Assembly: GCA_965263035.1 (NCBI GenBank)
Contig: OZ253580.1
Coordinates: 5,088,001-5,152,000 of the forward strand
DNA length: 64,000 bases
Origin: Acidobacteriota bacterium
GTDB lineage: Bacteria > Acidobacteriota > UBA6911 > RPQK01 > JAJDTT01
Reading direction: 5' to 3'
Shown piece after piece: positions 28,830-38,912 of the stretch. The notes under the pieces were generated by a model, which saw nothing but the letters and a program-made list of their open reading frames with translations, made no database searches and was not told where the DNA came from. Made by a program: the position numbers and the translations under genes. Each line of letters starts with the position of its first letter. Position 1 is the stretch's first letter.

Positions 28830-31291
28830 CAGTGGTTGAAGAGGAATTCCTTGCTCATCATCAAGCCCGCCCAGAAATCTTCCAGGAGTTCCCGGCGCCC
28901 GGGTTGCCGGCCGGCGGTCGAGCCTCCATCCGGGCGGAGGTGCTCCAGGATTTCCGCCTCCTCCCCTGGGGAAGGCGGCCGGGAAAGCGAGCTCCAGAAG
29001 ATCCGGCGGACGATCTCCCGATCCGCGAGCCCCTCGTCGAGCATCCGCTGGAGGTTCCCTTGGGTGGAGCGGAGCTTGTCGCTCAGGAACTCCCCGTTGA
29101 GCAGGTGCAGGATCTGGGGAACCGTGGAGCTCCGGACCCGCTCCGAGTAGGCGTTGATTTCTCTGGCGGGGCGTCCAAACAGGGTCAGGGCGTAGGAGCT
29201 CACCCGGGAGTCGGGCAGTTGAAGGGCCCGCACGCCCTCAGGGTGTCCGGCGAAGCTCTCGGGCACTCCGAGAACCTGGGACACCACGTCCAGCAGGACC
29301 TCGGCGGGGAGCCTCCGGATCAGATAGTGGGAGTGATACTTCCGGTCGTGGCTGTTGCCTTGCGGCCGGGAGCTCCTCTGGTAGGTGGCCGAGTTCATTA
29401 CGGATCGGATCAGAGACTTGAGGTCGAATCCGCTCCGCACCAGTTCGCGCCCCAGCGCCTCCAGGAGGCGGGGGTTGGAAGCCGCGTTGGTTTCCCTCAT
29501 GTCGTCGGCGGGATGGACCAGGCCTCGGCCCATGAAGTGATGCCAGACGCGGTTCACCACGGCGCGGACGAAGTAACGATTTTCGCCCGACGTGAGCCAC
29601 TCGGCGAGAGGCAGCCGCCGGTCTCTCGCCGGACGGTCGCTGATCGTCTCCACCGACTCCAGAGGACGGGGAGGCAGGGGCCGGCCCAGGCGCGGATGGA
29701 TCACCTCGCCGCGGCTGGCAGTGAATATGGTGGTCTCTTTCAATGAGTTGGGATTGTCGGCAAAGCCGTAGCCCACGTCGTTCTTGCGGCCCACTCGGGA
29801 GAAGAAGCTGGAGAGGTGGTAGTAGTCGTCCTGGGTCCATTTGTCCAGGGGGTGGTTGTGGCAACGAGCGCAATTGATGGAGATCCCCATGAAGGTGAGG
29901 GTCATGTTCTCCGCCAGCACGGTGGGCTCGTCGTGCAGCAGATAGTAATTGGCGGCGCCGTTGCTCAGATTGCTTCCGGAAGCGGTGATGATCTCTTGGA
30001 CGAAGCGGTCCCAGGGTTTGTTCTCGGCCACGCTCCGCCGGATCCAGTCGTGGAAGGTCCGAGTGGCCGCAGGCGTGAGCTTGGAGCTGGAAACCAGGAG
30101 GAGGTCGGACCATTTGTAGGCCCAGAGATCCGCGAACTCGGACCGCTCCAGCAGCGAATCGACCAGCCGGCTTCGTTTTCGGGGATCCGGATCGGCCGCA
30201 AACCGTTCGGCTTCCTCGACGCTGGGCAGGATTCCCGCGGCGTCCAGGTGAGCCCGCCGGAGAAACTCCGAATCGGTACAGAGTTCCGACGGGGGGATCC
30301 GCATCCGCTTCAGCTTTTCCAGGACCGGATCGTCGACGAAATTCTGGCGGGTCGCGTTGCGAAAGACCTCTTCGGGGATCTCTCCCGGAAAGGGAACGGC
30401 GATTCTCGCCGAGGCGATCCGGTCCAGGTACCAGACCGACAGGATCGCCTCGCCGTGACCCGAAATCTCCACCCGTCCATCCTCTCCGACCTTGGCCACG
30501 GAGGCGTCGCTGCTCGCATATTTTCCCCAGCGACTGACGTCCTCGGTCCGCCCGTCGGAGAAGAAAGCCCGGACGACGAGCCGGTGCTGGTCTCCGGGGC
30601 GCAGTGTCGCCTGCGAGGGGAAGACCTCCAGACGCTCGATCCTGGGATCTTCGGGGGAGGGGCCTCGGGCTCCACCCGCGATCCAGTCGGCCAGGATCCG
30701 GTAGTCGAGGGAGTCGGTTTCCAGCAGCCTTCCGCCGCCATGGGAGACGGCCAGGGTGGGTTTGAGCAGAAGCAAACTCCGAGACGGTTCCTGGCGGGAG
30801 ATCCTGCGGCCCCCGGCCTCCCGCGTCAGAGCCCGATAATCCGCCTCCGGCGAATAACCTCGCAACGAGAGCTTGAAGAAGTTCTGTCCCGCACCGGCTC
30901 CGTGGCAGGCCCCCGAATTGCACCCCGTCTTGGTCATGACCGAGCGGACCTGGTTGCGAAAGTCCCGAGTCGGCGGTTGGCCGGCCGATTCCACCCGGAT
31001 TCGGGTCGTGGCCTGCCGGCCGTCGGGAAGCTGGGCGGTGATTCGGGTCTCTCCGTCTGCCACCGCGCGCACCACACCCTGAGCGTCCACTCGGGCCACC
31101 CCGGGAGACGACGAGGTGAAGGCGGCTTCCGGGGTCAGATCCCCCTTGGAACCGAGCTGAGGTGTCCGCCGGGTCAGGATCAGTTGCTGCGTTGCGTTCT
31201 GGCCCTGAAGCGTGGTCTCGGAAGGCAACAAAGCCAGTGAATCGGCGCTGGAAACCGAGATCGTCGAGGCCAGCAGGAGAGTAGCGATCAT
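28829..31291 (-). CDS. DUF1549/DUF1553 protein with Ig-like (Big_2) domains
   Basis: GCNSGACHG, NFVD..L, FLRRAHLD, CARCHNHPLDKWTQDDYY, NRVW..FMGRGLV. Confidence 0.88.
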   Translation of the reverse strand: MIATLLLASTISVSSADSLALLPSETTLQGQNATQQLILTRRTPQLGSKGDLTPEAAFTSSSPGVARVDAQGVVRAVADGETRITAQLPDGRQATTRIRVESAGQPPTRDFRNQVRSVMTKTGCNSGACHGAGAGQNFFKLSLRGYSPEADYRALTREAGGRRISRQEPSRSLLLLKPTLAVSHGGGRLLETDSLDYRILADWIAGGARGPSPEDPRIERLEVFPSQATLRPGDQHRLVVRAFFSDGRTEDVSRWGKYASSDASVAKVGEDGRVEISGHGEAILSVWYLDRIASARIAVPFPGEIPEEVFRNATRQNFVDDPVLEKLKRMRIPPSELCTDSEFLRRAHLDAAGILPSVEEAERFAADPDPRKRSRLVDSLLERSEFADLWAYKWSDLLLVSSSKLTPAATRTFHDWIRRSVAENKPWDRFVQEIITASGSNLSNGAANYYLLHDEPTVLAENMTLTFMGISINCARCHNHPLDKWTQDDYYHLSSFFSRVGRKNDVGYGFADNPNSLKETTIFTASRGEVIHPRLGRPLPPRPLESVETISDRPARDRRLPLAEWLTSGENRYFVRAVVNRVWHHFMGRGLVHPADDMRETNAASNPRLLEALGRELVRSGFDLKSLIRSVMNSATYQRSSRPQGNSHDRKYHSHYLIRRLPAEVLLDVVSQVLGVPESFAGHPEGVRALQLPDSRVSSYALTLFGRPAREINAYSERVRSSTVPQILHLLNGEFLSDKLRSTQGNLQRMLDEGLADREIVRRIFWSSLSRPPSPGEEAEILEHLRPDGGSTAGRQPGRRELLEDFWAGLMMSKEFLFNH

Positions 31292-32640
31292 GCGGCGCCA
31301 AAGAGCTCCCGGATCGGCTCCACCCCGATATCCACCACGGGAACGGGCCGGTTCCCCGGTCCGTCCAGCTCGGTGTGCATGCTGACGCCGAGGGCCTGAT
31401 AGAGGGTAGCCAGAATCTCCATGGGGCGGACGGGCCGATCCCTGGGTTCGCTGGCCGTGCCATTGGAGGAACCGATGACCTGGCCCCCCACGATTCCTCC
31501 GCCGGCGAGGATGAGTGTGCCGCAGGCCGGCCAGTGATCTCGTCCGCCCGCCGGATTGATCTTGGGGGACCGGCCGAACTCTCCCATGGCCACCACCAGG
31601 GTCTGTTCCAGGAGGCCCCGCTGGTGGAGGTCCTCCAGCAGGGAAGAGAAGGCATGGTCAAACATGGGTCCAAGGGTGTCGAGTGCGCTCAGAGAGGTGA
31701 AGGGCGCTTGTCCATGAATGTCCCAGGACCCGGCCAGATCGTCGAACATGTTGACGGTCACGAAGCGGACACCCCGTTCCACGAGCCTGCGGGCCAGGAG
31801 GCAGCTCTGGCCGAAACGGTTCATGCCGTAGCTCTGGCGGAGCTTGTCCGGCTCGCCGGTCAGGTCGAAGGACTGACGAGCCTGGCGGGAGGAGACGATC
31901 CGATAGGCCTGGGAGAAGTTGGCGTCCAGGAGCCGGCTCTCGGCGCAGTTCTTTTCGAAATCAAGAAAGCTCCGGTCGATGAGCCGGCGGAAGGAGACCC
32001 GTCGCTGGGCTCGAACCGCCGAGATGTAATCGGGCGGCCTCAGGTCCCGGACCCGGAACGAAGGATCGGAAGGGTCGGAGTCGATGACGAAGGGCTCGTG
32101 GGTCTTGCCCAGAAAGCCGGGCCCCTGGCCCTTGTCGGGCTTGAAGGGAAGCAGGACGTGCGCGGGCAGGTCACCTCGGGCTCCCTTGAGCTTGTCGATG
32201 ACACAACCCAAGTGCGGGTACTGGATTCCAGGCAGGGGAGGATGTCCGGTCTGCATCCAGGTCTTGGCCTGGGGATGGGCCGGATTGGTGTGGTAGTAGG
32301 AGCGGATCAACGCGAATTTATCCGCATGACGAGCCATTCGGGGAAACAGCTCGGTGACCCGGATCCCGGCCACGTTGGTGGCCATGGGCTTGTAGGGTCC
32401 CCGAATCTCGGCCGGAGCATCCGGCTTCGGGTCCCAGGTGTCCATTTGGGGCGCGCCCCCTTCCAGGAACAGAAGAATGCAGTTCACGTCCTTGTCGGGA
32501 GTGGTCCGGCCTGCCGCTCTCAGCTCCAGGAAACCGGGTAGGGTGAGACCCAGGAAGGCCAGGGAGCCGGCATGAAGGAAGTCCCGGCGGTGAACTTCCT
32601 GGCAGAGATGAGGAGTTGAGGGGCCATCGAGTCGAAGCAT
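31288..32640 (-). CDS. DUF1501 protein (Tat signal)
   Basis: RRDFL, LEGG..QMDTWDPKP, LLARRLVERGV, GEFGRSP, GRDHWP. Confidence 0.9.
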   Translation of the reverse strand: MLRLDGPSTPHLCQEVHRRDFLHAGSLAFLGLTLPGFLELRAAGRTTPDKDVNCILLFLEGGAPQMDTWDPKPDAPAEIRGPYKPMATNVAGIRVTELFPRMARHADKFALIRSYYHTNPAHPQAKTWMQTGHPPLPGIQYPHLGCVIDKLKGARGDLPAHVLLPFKPDKGQGPGFLGKTHEPFVIDSDPSDPSFRVRDLRPPDYISAVRAQRRVSFRRLIDRSFLDFEKNCAESRLLDANFSQAYRIVSSRQARQSFDLTGEPDKLRQSYGMNRFGQSCLLARRLVERGVRFVTVNMFDDLAGSWDIHGQAPFTSLSALDTLGPMFDHAFSSLLEDLHQRGLLEQTLVVAMGEFGRSPKINPAGGRDHWPACGTLILAGGGIVGGQVIGSSNGTASEPRDRPVRPMEILATLYQALGVSMHTELDGPGNRPVPVVDIGVEPIRELFGAA

Positions 32641-32689
32641 CGTTCCGACTTCCAAGTTTAGACTTTAATCCTTCCCGGTGGAAGTCGCC

Positions 32690-32783
32690 GGAGCGGCGGT
32701 TTCTAACCGCCGAACTCCGGACGAAGCATGGGGAGCGGGCGCACGGGGGAAAGGAGGAATCGGCGACTGGAGATCGCCCCGCC
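32690..32783. repeat. Inverted pair of REP-like palindromes
   Basis: GGAGCGGCGGTTTCTAACCGCCG ... GGCGACTGGAGATCGCCCCGCC. Confidence 0.55.
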
Positions 32784-32871
32784 ACGTCGCCCCGGCATGT
32801 TCTTTGGAAACCGCCATGGAACGGAGCAGGCCCAGAGTCCCCATGCTATGATCCCCGCCGGGAGTGACGGC

Positions 32872-34374
32872 ATGAAAATGAAATCCAGTTTCTGCCTGGC
32901 AATTTTCCTTGGGGGCGTCCTGTTGCCGGGAGTCACCTGCGCTCCGGGTCCTGAAGCGGACCCTCCCATCCGGCTGGACGATCGAGTCCAACTGTTCGTC
33001 GATGACCTGCTCATCGAACGGATGGACCGGGTCTGGCGAAGTTTGGGCCGGGGAGGAAAGGTAGCCGGGAACCCCCTGATCCGGCCAGACCGGCCCTGGG
33101 AGGGTTACCTGATCCTTCAACCGGGGAGCGTGATCTACGATCCGGAAAAGGAAATTTTCCAGATGTGGTACAACACGCTGCCCCGAACCGGCGACGCCGA
33201 CATCGAGCAGTTCGTCTGTTATGCCACCTCCAAGGACGGGATCCGGTGGGAGAAGCCGGAGTTGAATCACATGGAGTTCCGCGGCTCCAAGGCCAACAAC
33301 ATCGTCCTGCGCTGGAACAACTGGAACCATTCGGTGATCCGGGATCCGGAGGACCCGGACCCCGACCGCCGGTACAAGATGGGCTATTGGCAGACCAGGG
33401 ATCGGGAACGCTGCGGTATCTGGGCCGCCTTCTCACCTGACGGCATCCGCTGGACCGACTACGAAAAGAACCCGGTGGTGCCCTGCTGGGCAACGGGAGA
33501 CACGTTCGCGGTGATGAGGGATCCCGTCTCCCGGCAGTATTGGCTCTATCACAAGACCAATCCCGGAGGTCCCAGAAAGGTGTCGCGGCTGGTCAGCGAC
33601 GACTTCATTCATTGGACCGATGATCGCCTGGTCCTGGAGCCGGACATCCACGACCGTCCCGGGACCGAGTTCTACGGACTCTCGGCCTTCCCCTACGGCA
33701 GCCAGACCCTGGGATTGCTCTGGGTCTTTCATACCAACATTCAGACCATGGACGTCCAACTGGTCTCCAGCCGGGACGGCGTCGAGTGGGACCGTAGCGT
33801 GTACCGGCGGCCCCTGATCTACCTGGGCTACCAGAGAAACGAGTATTCGGGAAAGAGCTTCGACAGCGGGATGATCTGGCCCATTACGGCTCCCGTGGTC
33901 AAGGATGGACAGGTCTGGATCTACTACTCCGGATTCGACAATCTTCACAACGCCCCGTCGGCGGATCACACCGGGGAGATCGGATTGGCCCGCTTGCGGC
34001 AGGACGGCTTCGTCTCCGTCGACGCCACCGCCGAGGGCTTGGTCCTGACCCGGCCCCTGCAGTTCTCGGGGAGCACGCTCCAGGTCAACGCCCGTCTTCT
34101 GAAGAGGGAGGGGGACGCGTCGACGGCGCCGGGAGAAGTGACCTTCAACGACAGCCCGAACCAGGAGGGGTACCTGAAGGTGGAGGTCCAGGACATCGCG
34201 GGCAACGCCATTCCCGGTTATGAAGCCGACAGTTCCAGTCTGGCCCCCGCAGAGGGGGTCTACTCCAAGGTCTCCTGGGAGGGAAAGGAGAGCCTGGAGG
34301 AGCTTCAGGATCGGCCGGTTCGATTGAAGTTCATTCTGAGCCGAACCCGCCTATATTCCTTCCTGATCAACTGA
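32872..34374 (+). CDS. Secreted beta-propeller glycoside hydrolase-like protein
   Basis: QLFVDD, PDRPWE, YATSKDGIRWEKP, SRDGVEW, LRQDGFVS. Confidence 0.7.
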   Translation: MKMKSSFCLAIFLGGVLLPGVTCAPGPEADPPIRLDDRVQLFVDDLLIERMDRVWRSLGRGGKVAGNPLIRPDRPWEGYLILQPGSVIYDPEKEIFQMWYNTLPRTGDADIEQFVCYATSKDGIRWEKPELNHMEFRGSKANNIVLRWNNWNHSVIRDPEDPDPDRRYKMGYWQTRDRERCGIWAAFSPDGIRWTDYEKNPVVPCWATGDTFAVMRDPVSRQYWLYHKTNPGGPRKVSRLVSDDFIHWTDDRLVLEPDIHDRPGTEFYGLSAFPYGSQTLGLLWVFHTNIQTMDVQLVSSRDGVEWDRSVYRRPLIYLGYQRNEYSGKSFDSGMIWPITAPVVKDGQVWIYYSGFDNLHNAPSADHTGEIGLARLRQDGFVSVDATAEGLVLTRPLQFSGSTLQVNARLLKREGDASTAPGEVTFNDSPNQEGYLKVEVQDIAGNAIPGYEADSSSLAPAEGVYSKVSWEGKESLEELQDRPVRLKFILSRTRLYSFLIN

Positions 34375-34582
34375 ATCGATCCTTTATCCTGTAGCGAAGA
34401 GTTGTCCCGACTCCGGTCCTGACGGTACCTGTCCGGTCCGCTGTCAGGGGAATCGGTTCAGTCGCTGAAGCAGGCCGGGATCGACCGGAACTTCGTCTTC
34501 AGCAGCAGTCCCAGCAAATTCCAAGCGCCGTTTTTCGGTTCTCATACCGGACTGTCGCCGGATGTGAGACATTGGAATCACG

Positions 34583-37015
34583 TTGCTGGTGTCGAAGAAG
34601 CATCCTTCCATGGCGTTCCGGATCTTGCGATCCCTGACCTTGGTTCTGGGATTCACCCAGACCTGGGTCGGCGCGCGGGCGACTGATCACGCGTACACGG
34701 TGGACCTTCGCATCACCTCGCCCCTCCCGTTCGCCCAGATTCCCGTCGACCCCTGGATCGACTTCGCCTCCTTGGCCACGGAGGCCGGAGTCAAGGGTGT
34801 TCTGGATCCCAACTCGATCCAGGTTCTGGATGCGGTGTCGGACAGTCCCCTGCCGCACGCCCTGAGCCGCCACTTCCACCACGGCCAACAGGGAAGGGTC
34901 CAGTGGGTGGTGGCGGATCCGGAGCGGAGAAACTATCGGATCCGCTTTCGGATGGGAGCCGTCCGGCCGCCGCTGGATCCTCGTCCAAACGTCCCCATGA
35001 TCGGCACCGGCGAGCTGCTTCGCTACAACGCGGGGGAGCCGAAACCCATATCTCTTCCCATCCTGGGCGCCCTCGTGGACCTGACGGGAGACGGAAAGCG
35101 GGATCTTGTGGGAACGGTCATCTACACTTATTCGCCTGATCGTCCGCCTGGAGGAATCGTCTGCTACCCCCGGGTCGGTGGCACCGGCGAGTTCCGGTTC
35201 GGGGACCCCGTGGCGATCCGATACCTGGAGGCGTCCGGCGCTTCGGAACCGCGGCATCTGCGGGCCGGCTACCTCCACCTGGACGCGGGAGACCTCAACG
35301 GCGACGGCCTGGTCGACCTGGTCTATGCCTCGCCCGCCGACGGCTCGCACCAGAATCCCCGCAGCGCCGGAGATTGGATCGTCTTCCTTCTCAACACCGG
35401 CCGACGAGACGACGGAGGACTTCCCATCTTCCGGGACCACGGCCGAATCTCCCGTCCCCGGGACTGGTGGGGGCCGGTGAGAATCGTGGACCTGGACCGG
35501 GACGGTGTTCTCGACCTGGTGGTGGGGTCCATGTTTCGAGGCAACCGAATTCCCCCCGACGGCCGCGGGTACTTCATTCGGAATACCAATCCCGGAGGCT
35601 GGCCGTTTCAGCCTGCACCTCCCGCTCGAATCGATCCGGGAGTGAGAGCCAGCTTTGTTGACCTGGACAGTGATGGTCTCCCGGACAGTATTTGCCTGGT
35701 TCATGACCCCGAGTCCGAGAGGAAGAAGTATTTCAAACGGGTGGCCTGGCGCCGGAACCTGGGTGGGACGGTTCCCCGCTTCGGTCCGCCCCGCCTGCTG
35801 GAACAGATCGACGTTCGGGCTGCCTTCTTCACCGCGTCCGTGCCCTCGGGTCCGCGCCGGGGATTGCTGGTGGCCTACGATCACTTCCGAAAGTTGGCTT
35901 TCTTCGAGCAGGTTCGAAGCGGTCCCGAAAAGGAACCGGCTTTCCGCCGCCAGGAGGCGCTGTCGCTTTCCGCTCACGCGATCCTGGGAGAGCAGTCCAC
36001 CCCCTATCCCTGCGACTGGGACGGAGACGGGGACTGGGACCTGCTGGCCGGCGACGGATTCGGCTTCGTCCGCGTCCTCATCAATGAGGGCTCCGGCACT
36101 CAACCCGTCTTTCTCCGGGAGCAACCGGTCCGATCCCAGGGGGAGCCCATCCGCCTCTTCATGAGCCAGGTCTTTCCCGGCCTGGAGGAATACGGCCACA
36201 ACATGGGGTACACGCACCCGGTCTACGTCGATTGGGACGGAGACCAACTGCCGGACCTGATGCTGCCCAACCTCACCAACCGGATCTACTGGTACCGGAA
36301 CGTCGGCACCCGGAGCCGGCCCCGGTTCGGGCCGAGACTCCAGGTCCTCTGCGAGGGCTATCCCGACGGAAAGGATCTCTTGGCCGCGACCGCCAAGCTC
36401 CTGGGCGCCGGCACCGGACAGTGGAAGAAGCGGGTTCCCAACCGTCACCAGCCGTTCCGCTGGAGGGCCCGGGCCGCCTTCGCCGATCTGGACGGGAACG
36501 GTCTCACCGATCTGTTCACCGCTGCCGCCGTCACCCGGGAGGCCCACCTGTTCCGGAGGTTCCAGGACCGGGAGGGTTCGCTTCTGCTCCGGGACGACGG
36601 ACCCTTTCGACTCCCCGATGGGGACACCATCCAGGGGGTCGATTTCCAGCCGACCCAGTTCTTCCTGGTGGACTGGAACGGGGACGGCCTGCTGGACCTC
36701 TTCTTCAATGAATGCCGGCGCAAGTCGGGTGAGTGGGATCATAATCCGACCCGGCCTCTCATCTATCCCAACGTCGGCACCCGGACCGAACCGCGCTTCG
36801 GCCGGCCTCAGGTTCTGGCCCTCTTCGGAAAACCGTTGGAAGGGCTTGGCTCACACGGTCCCTACTACGGCTTTCGGGACCTGGACGGAGACGGCAAACC
36901 CGACATCCTGGCCTCTCCCGAAATGGGGACCTATTTTTTCTACCGGCACACGGCGCTGGAACTGGACGCCCGTCCGAACGTCCGATTGGGCCGGGCTGTC
37001 GTATTGGACCGTTGA
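34583..37015 (+). CDS. FG-GAP/VCBS repeat protein
   Basis: Repeated D[LW][DN]GDG..DL motifs and YRNVGT..PRF; start may be 34610. Confidence 0.85.
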   Translation: MLVSKKHPSMAFRILRSLTLVLGFTQTWVGARATDHAYTVDLRITSPLPFAQIPVDPWIDFASLATEAGVKGVLDPNSIQVLDAVSDSPLPHALSRHFHHGQQGRVQWVVADPERRNYRIRFRMGAVRPPLDPRPNVPMIGTGELLRYNAGEPKPISLPILGALVDLTGDGKRDLVGTVIYTYSPDRPPGGIVCYPRVGGTGEFRFGDPVAIRYLEASGASEPRHLRAGYLHLDAGDLNGDGLVDLVYASPADGSHQNPRSAGDWIVFLLNTGRRDDGGLPIFRDHGRISRPRDWWGPVRIVDLDRDGVLDLVVGSMFRGNRIPPDGRGYFIRNTNPGGWPFQPAPPARIDPGVRASFVDLDSDGLPDSICLVHDPESERKKYFKRVAWRRNLGGTVPRFGPPRLLEQIDVRAAFFTASVPSGPRRGLLVAYDHFRKLAFFEQVRSGPEKEPAFRRQEALSLSAHAILGEQSTPYPCDWDGDGDWDLLAGDGFGFVRVLINEGSGTQPVFLREQPVRSQGEPIRLFMSQVFPGLEEYGHNMGYTHPVYVDWDGDQLPDLMLPNLTNRIYWYRNVGTRSRPRFGPRLQVLCEGYPDGKDLLAATAKLLGAGTGQWKKRVPNRHQPFRWRARAAFADLDGNGLTDLFTAAAVTREAHLFRRFQDREGSLLLRDDGPFRLPDGDTIQGVDFQPTQFFLVDWNGDGLLDLFFNECRRKSGEWDHNPTRPLIYPNVGTRTEPRFGRPQVLALFGKPLEGLGSHGPYYGFRDLDGDGKPDILASPEMGTYFFYRHTALELDARPNVRLGRAVVLDR

Positions 37016-37021
37016 AAAGGT

Positions 37022-38704
37022 ATGCGCGTTCCTGAGAAACACCCACTTGAGTCCCGGAAGCCGATCGTCACAGCAAGCAGGGTTCTCCGGACACTACTGT
37101 GGGTCATTCTCAGCGGCTCGTTGGGCTGGGCCTCGACTCCGCCCCGTCCCAACATCATCCTGATCATGGCGGACGATCTGGGCTACTCGGACCTGGGTTG
37201 CTACGGAAGCGAGATCCGAACCCCGAATCTGGACCATCTGGCTCGCAACGGGCTTCGCTTTTCCCAGTTCTACAACAACGCCATCTGTCCCGCGAGCCGG
37301 GCGTCGCTGCTCAGCGGACTCTACTCCCAGCAAGTGGGAAGCAGCCGATTCCTGGGATGCGTCACCTTGGCGGAAGGGCTCCGGGCCGCCGGGTACCGGA
37401 CCCTCATGTCGGGCAAGTGGCACTTGGACGGCCACCCCTTGAAACGGGGTTTCGAGCGTTACTATGGACTCCTGACGGGGACCTGCAACCACTTCAATCC
37501 GGGTCGGCGCAGACCGGGAGAGCCGGAACCGGGCAAGAAATTCCCCGACGACGATCAACCCTTTTCTGTCGACGGGAAGGTGATCCGCCCCTACACGCCG
37601 GAAGATCGCCGCTTCTACAGCACCGACGCCTTCACCGATCGCGCCATCCGCTACCTGGAGCAGTACGGCCGGGAGGACCGCCCCTTCTTCCTCTATCTCG
37701 CCTATACCGTGCCCCACTACCCACTCCATGCCTGGCCTGAAGACATCGTCCGCTACCGGGGCCGATTCATGGCCGGTTGGGATGCTCTCCGCCGGGAACG
37801 CCACCGGCGTCTGGTCCGGGAGGGGCTGATCTCGGAGCAATCCGAACTTTCCGTGCGCAGTTCCCACTCCCCCGCCTGGGACGAAGTGGCGGACAAACAG
37901 GCCTGGGATCTCAAGATGGCGGTCTATGCCGCCATGGTGGACCGCATGGACCAGAACATCGGCCGCCTTCTGGAGACCGTACGTGCACTGGGCAAGGAGA
38001 GCAACACCCTGGTTCTGTTCCTGTCCGACAACGGTGCCAGCGACGAGGACCGCACCCGGACCCCCGACCTGCCGCCCGGTCCGGTGGAATCCTACCGATC
38101 GGTGGATCTTCCCTGGGCCAATCTCAGCAACACGCCATTTCGCCAATTCAAGCGATGGAATCACGAAGGGGGCATCGCCACGCCCCTGGTGGCCTACTGG
38201 CCCCGGGGCATCGCGCAGCCGGGAAGGGTCAGTTCGGAGGTCGGCCACCTCATCGACATCATGGCCACCTGTCTGGAGGTTGCGGGAGCCGACTATCCGT
38301 CGGAGGTCAACGGGATGAAGATCCCGCCGCTCGAGGGCCGGAGCCTGCTTCCCATCTTCCGGGGAAAAACCCGCGCGGGCCATGAGACGCTCTTCTGGAA
38401 TCAGCGTGGCCTCTGGCGGGCGGTCCGGCAGGGAAGGTGGAAACTGGTCTCTCCCGATCATTGGATTCGCTACGAGCCCTGGCGGCAGGCGGGGTCGGAC
38501 AAGACGGTCCCACCAACCCCGGGGGATCGGGAAGAACTGTGGCAACTCTACGACATGGATTCCGACCGCACCGAGGAGCGAGACCTCTCGTCCCGCTATC
38601 CGGACCGCGTGAAGGCAATGGGCCGTCTCTATAAAGCGTGGAATCAGAGGGTTTCGGAGGACTGGGAATCGGCCCTGGAAGGAGAAGTGAGAGTTGAGAA
38701 GTAA
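37022..38704 (+). CDS. Arylsulfatase
   Basis: PNIILIMADDLG, CPASRASLLSG, GKWHL, SDNG, HEGGIATP. Confidence 0.92.
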   Translation: MRVPEKHPLESRKPIVTASRVLRTLLWVILSGSLGWASTPPRPNIILIMADDLGYSDLGCYGSEIRTPNLDHLARNGLRFSQFYNNAICPASRASLLSGLYSQQVGSSRFLGCVTLAEGLRAAGYRTLMSGKWHLDGHPLKRGFERYYGLLTGTCNHFNPGRRRPGEPEPGKKFPDDDQPFSVDGKVIRPYTPEDRRFYSTDAFTDRAIRYLEQYGREDRPFFLYLAYTVPHYPLHAWPEDIVRYRGRFMAGWDALRRERHRRLVREGLISEQSELSVRSSHSPAWDEVADKQAWDLKMAVYAAMVDRMDQNIGRLLETVRALGKESNTLVLFLSDNGASDEDRTRTPDLPPGPVESYRSVDLPWANLSNTPFRQFKRWNHEGGIATPLVAYWPRGIAQPGRVSSEVGHLIDIMATCLEVAGADYPSEVNGMKIPPLEGRSLLPIFRGKTRAGHETLFWNQRGLWRAVRQGRWKLVSPDHWIRYEPWRQAGSDKTVPPTPGDREELWQLYDMDSDRTEERDLSSRYPDRVKAMGRLYKAWNQRVSEDWESALEGEVRVEK

Positions 38705-38912
38705 GAAGCTCCGATCTCATTTTTAGGAATTTGTCCCACACGACCCGTAGCGGTGACCCTTGTGGGTGCCCTCTTCCGTCCAATACAGGGCAAGATGCGA
38801 CCAATATGAAGATTCGGGGACTGGAAAGCCCCCGCTCCGGGGGAGAACTTTTGGTTCCGGCTACACCGGGTTGGGAATTTGGAATTGGTGTTTTCTCCCA
38901 GATGGGAGGGGT

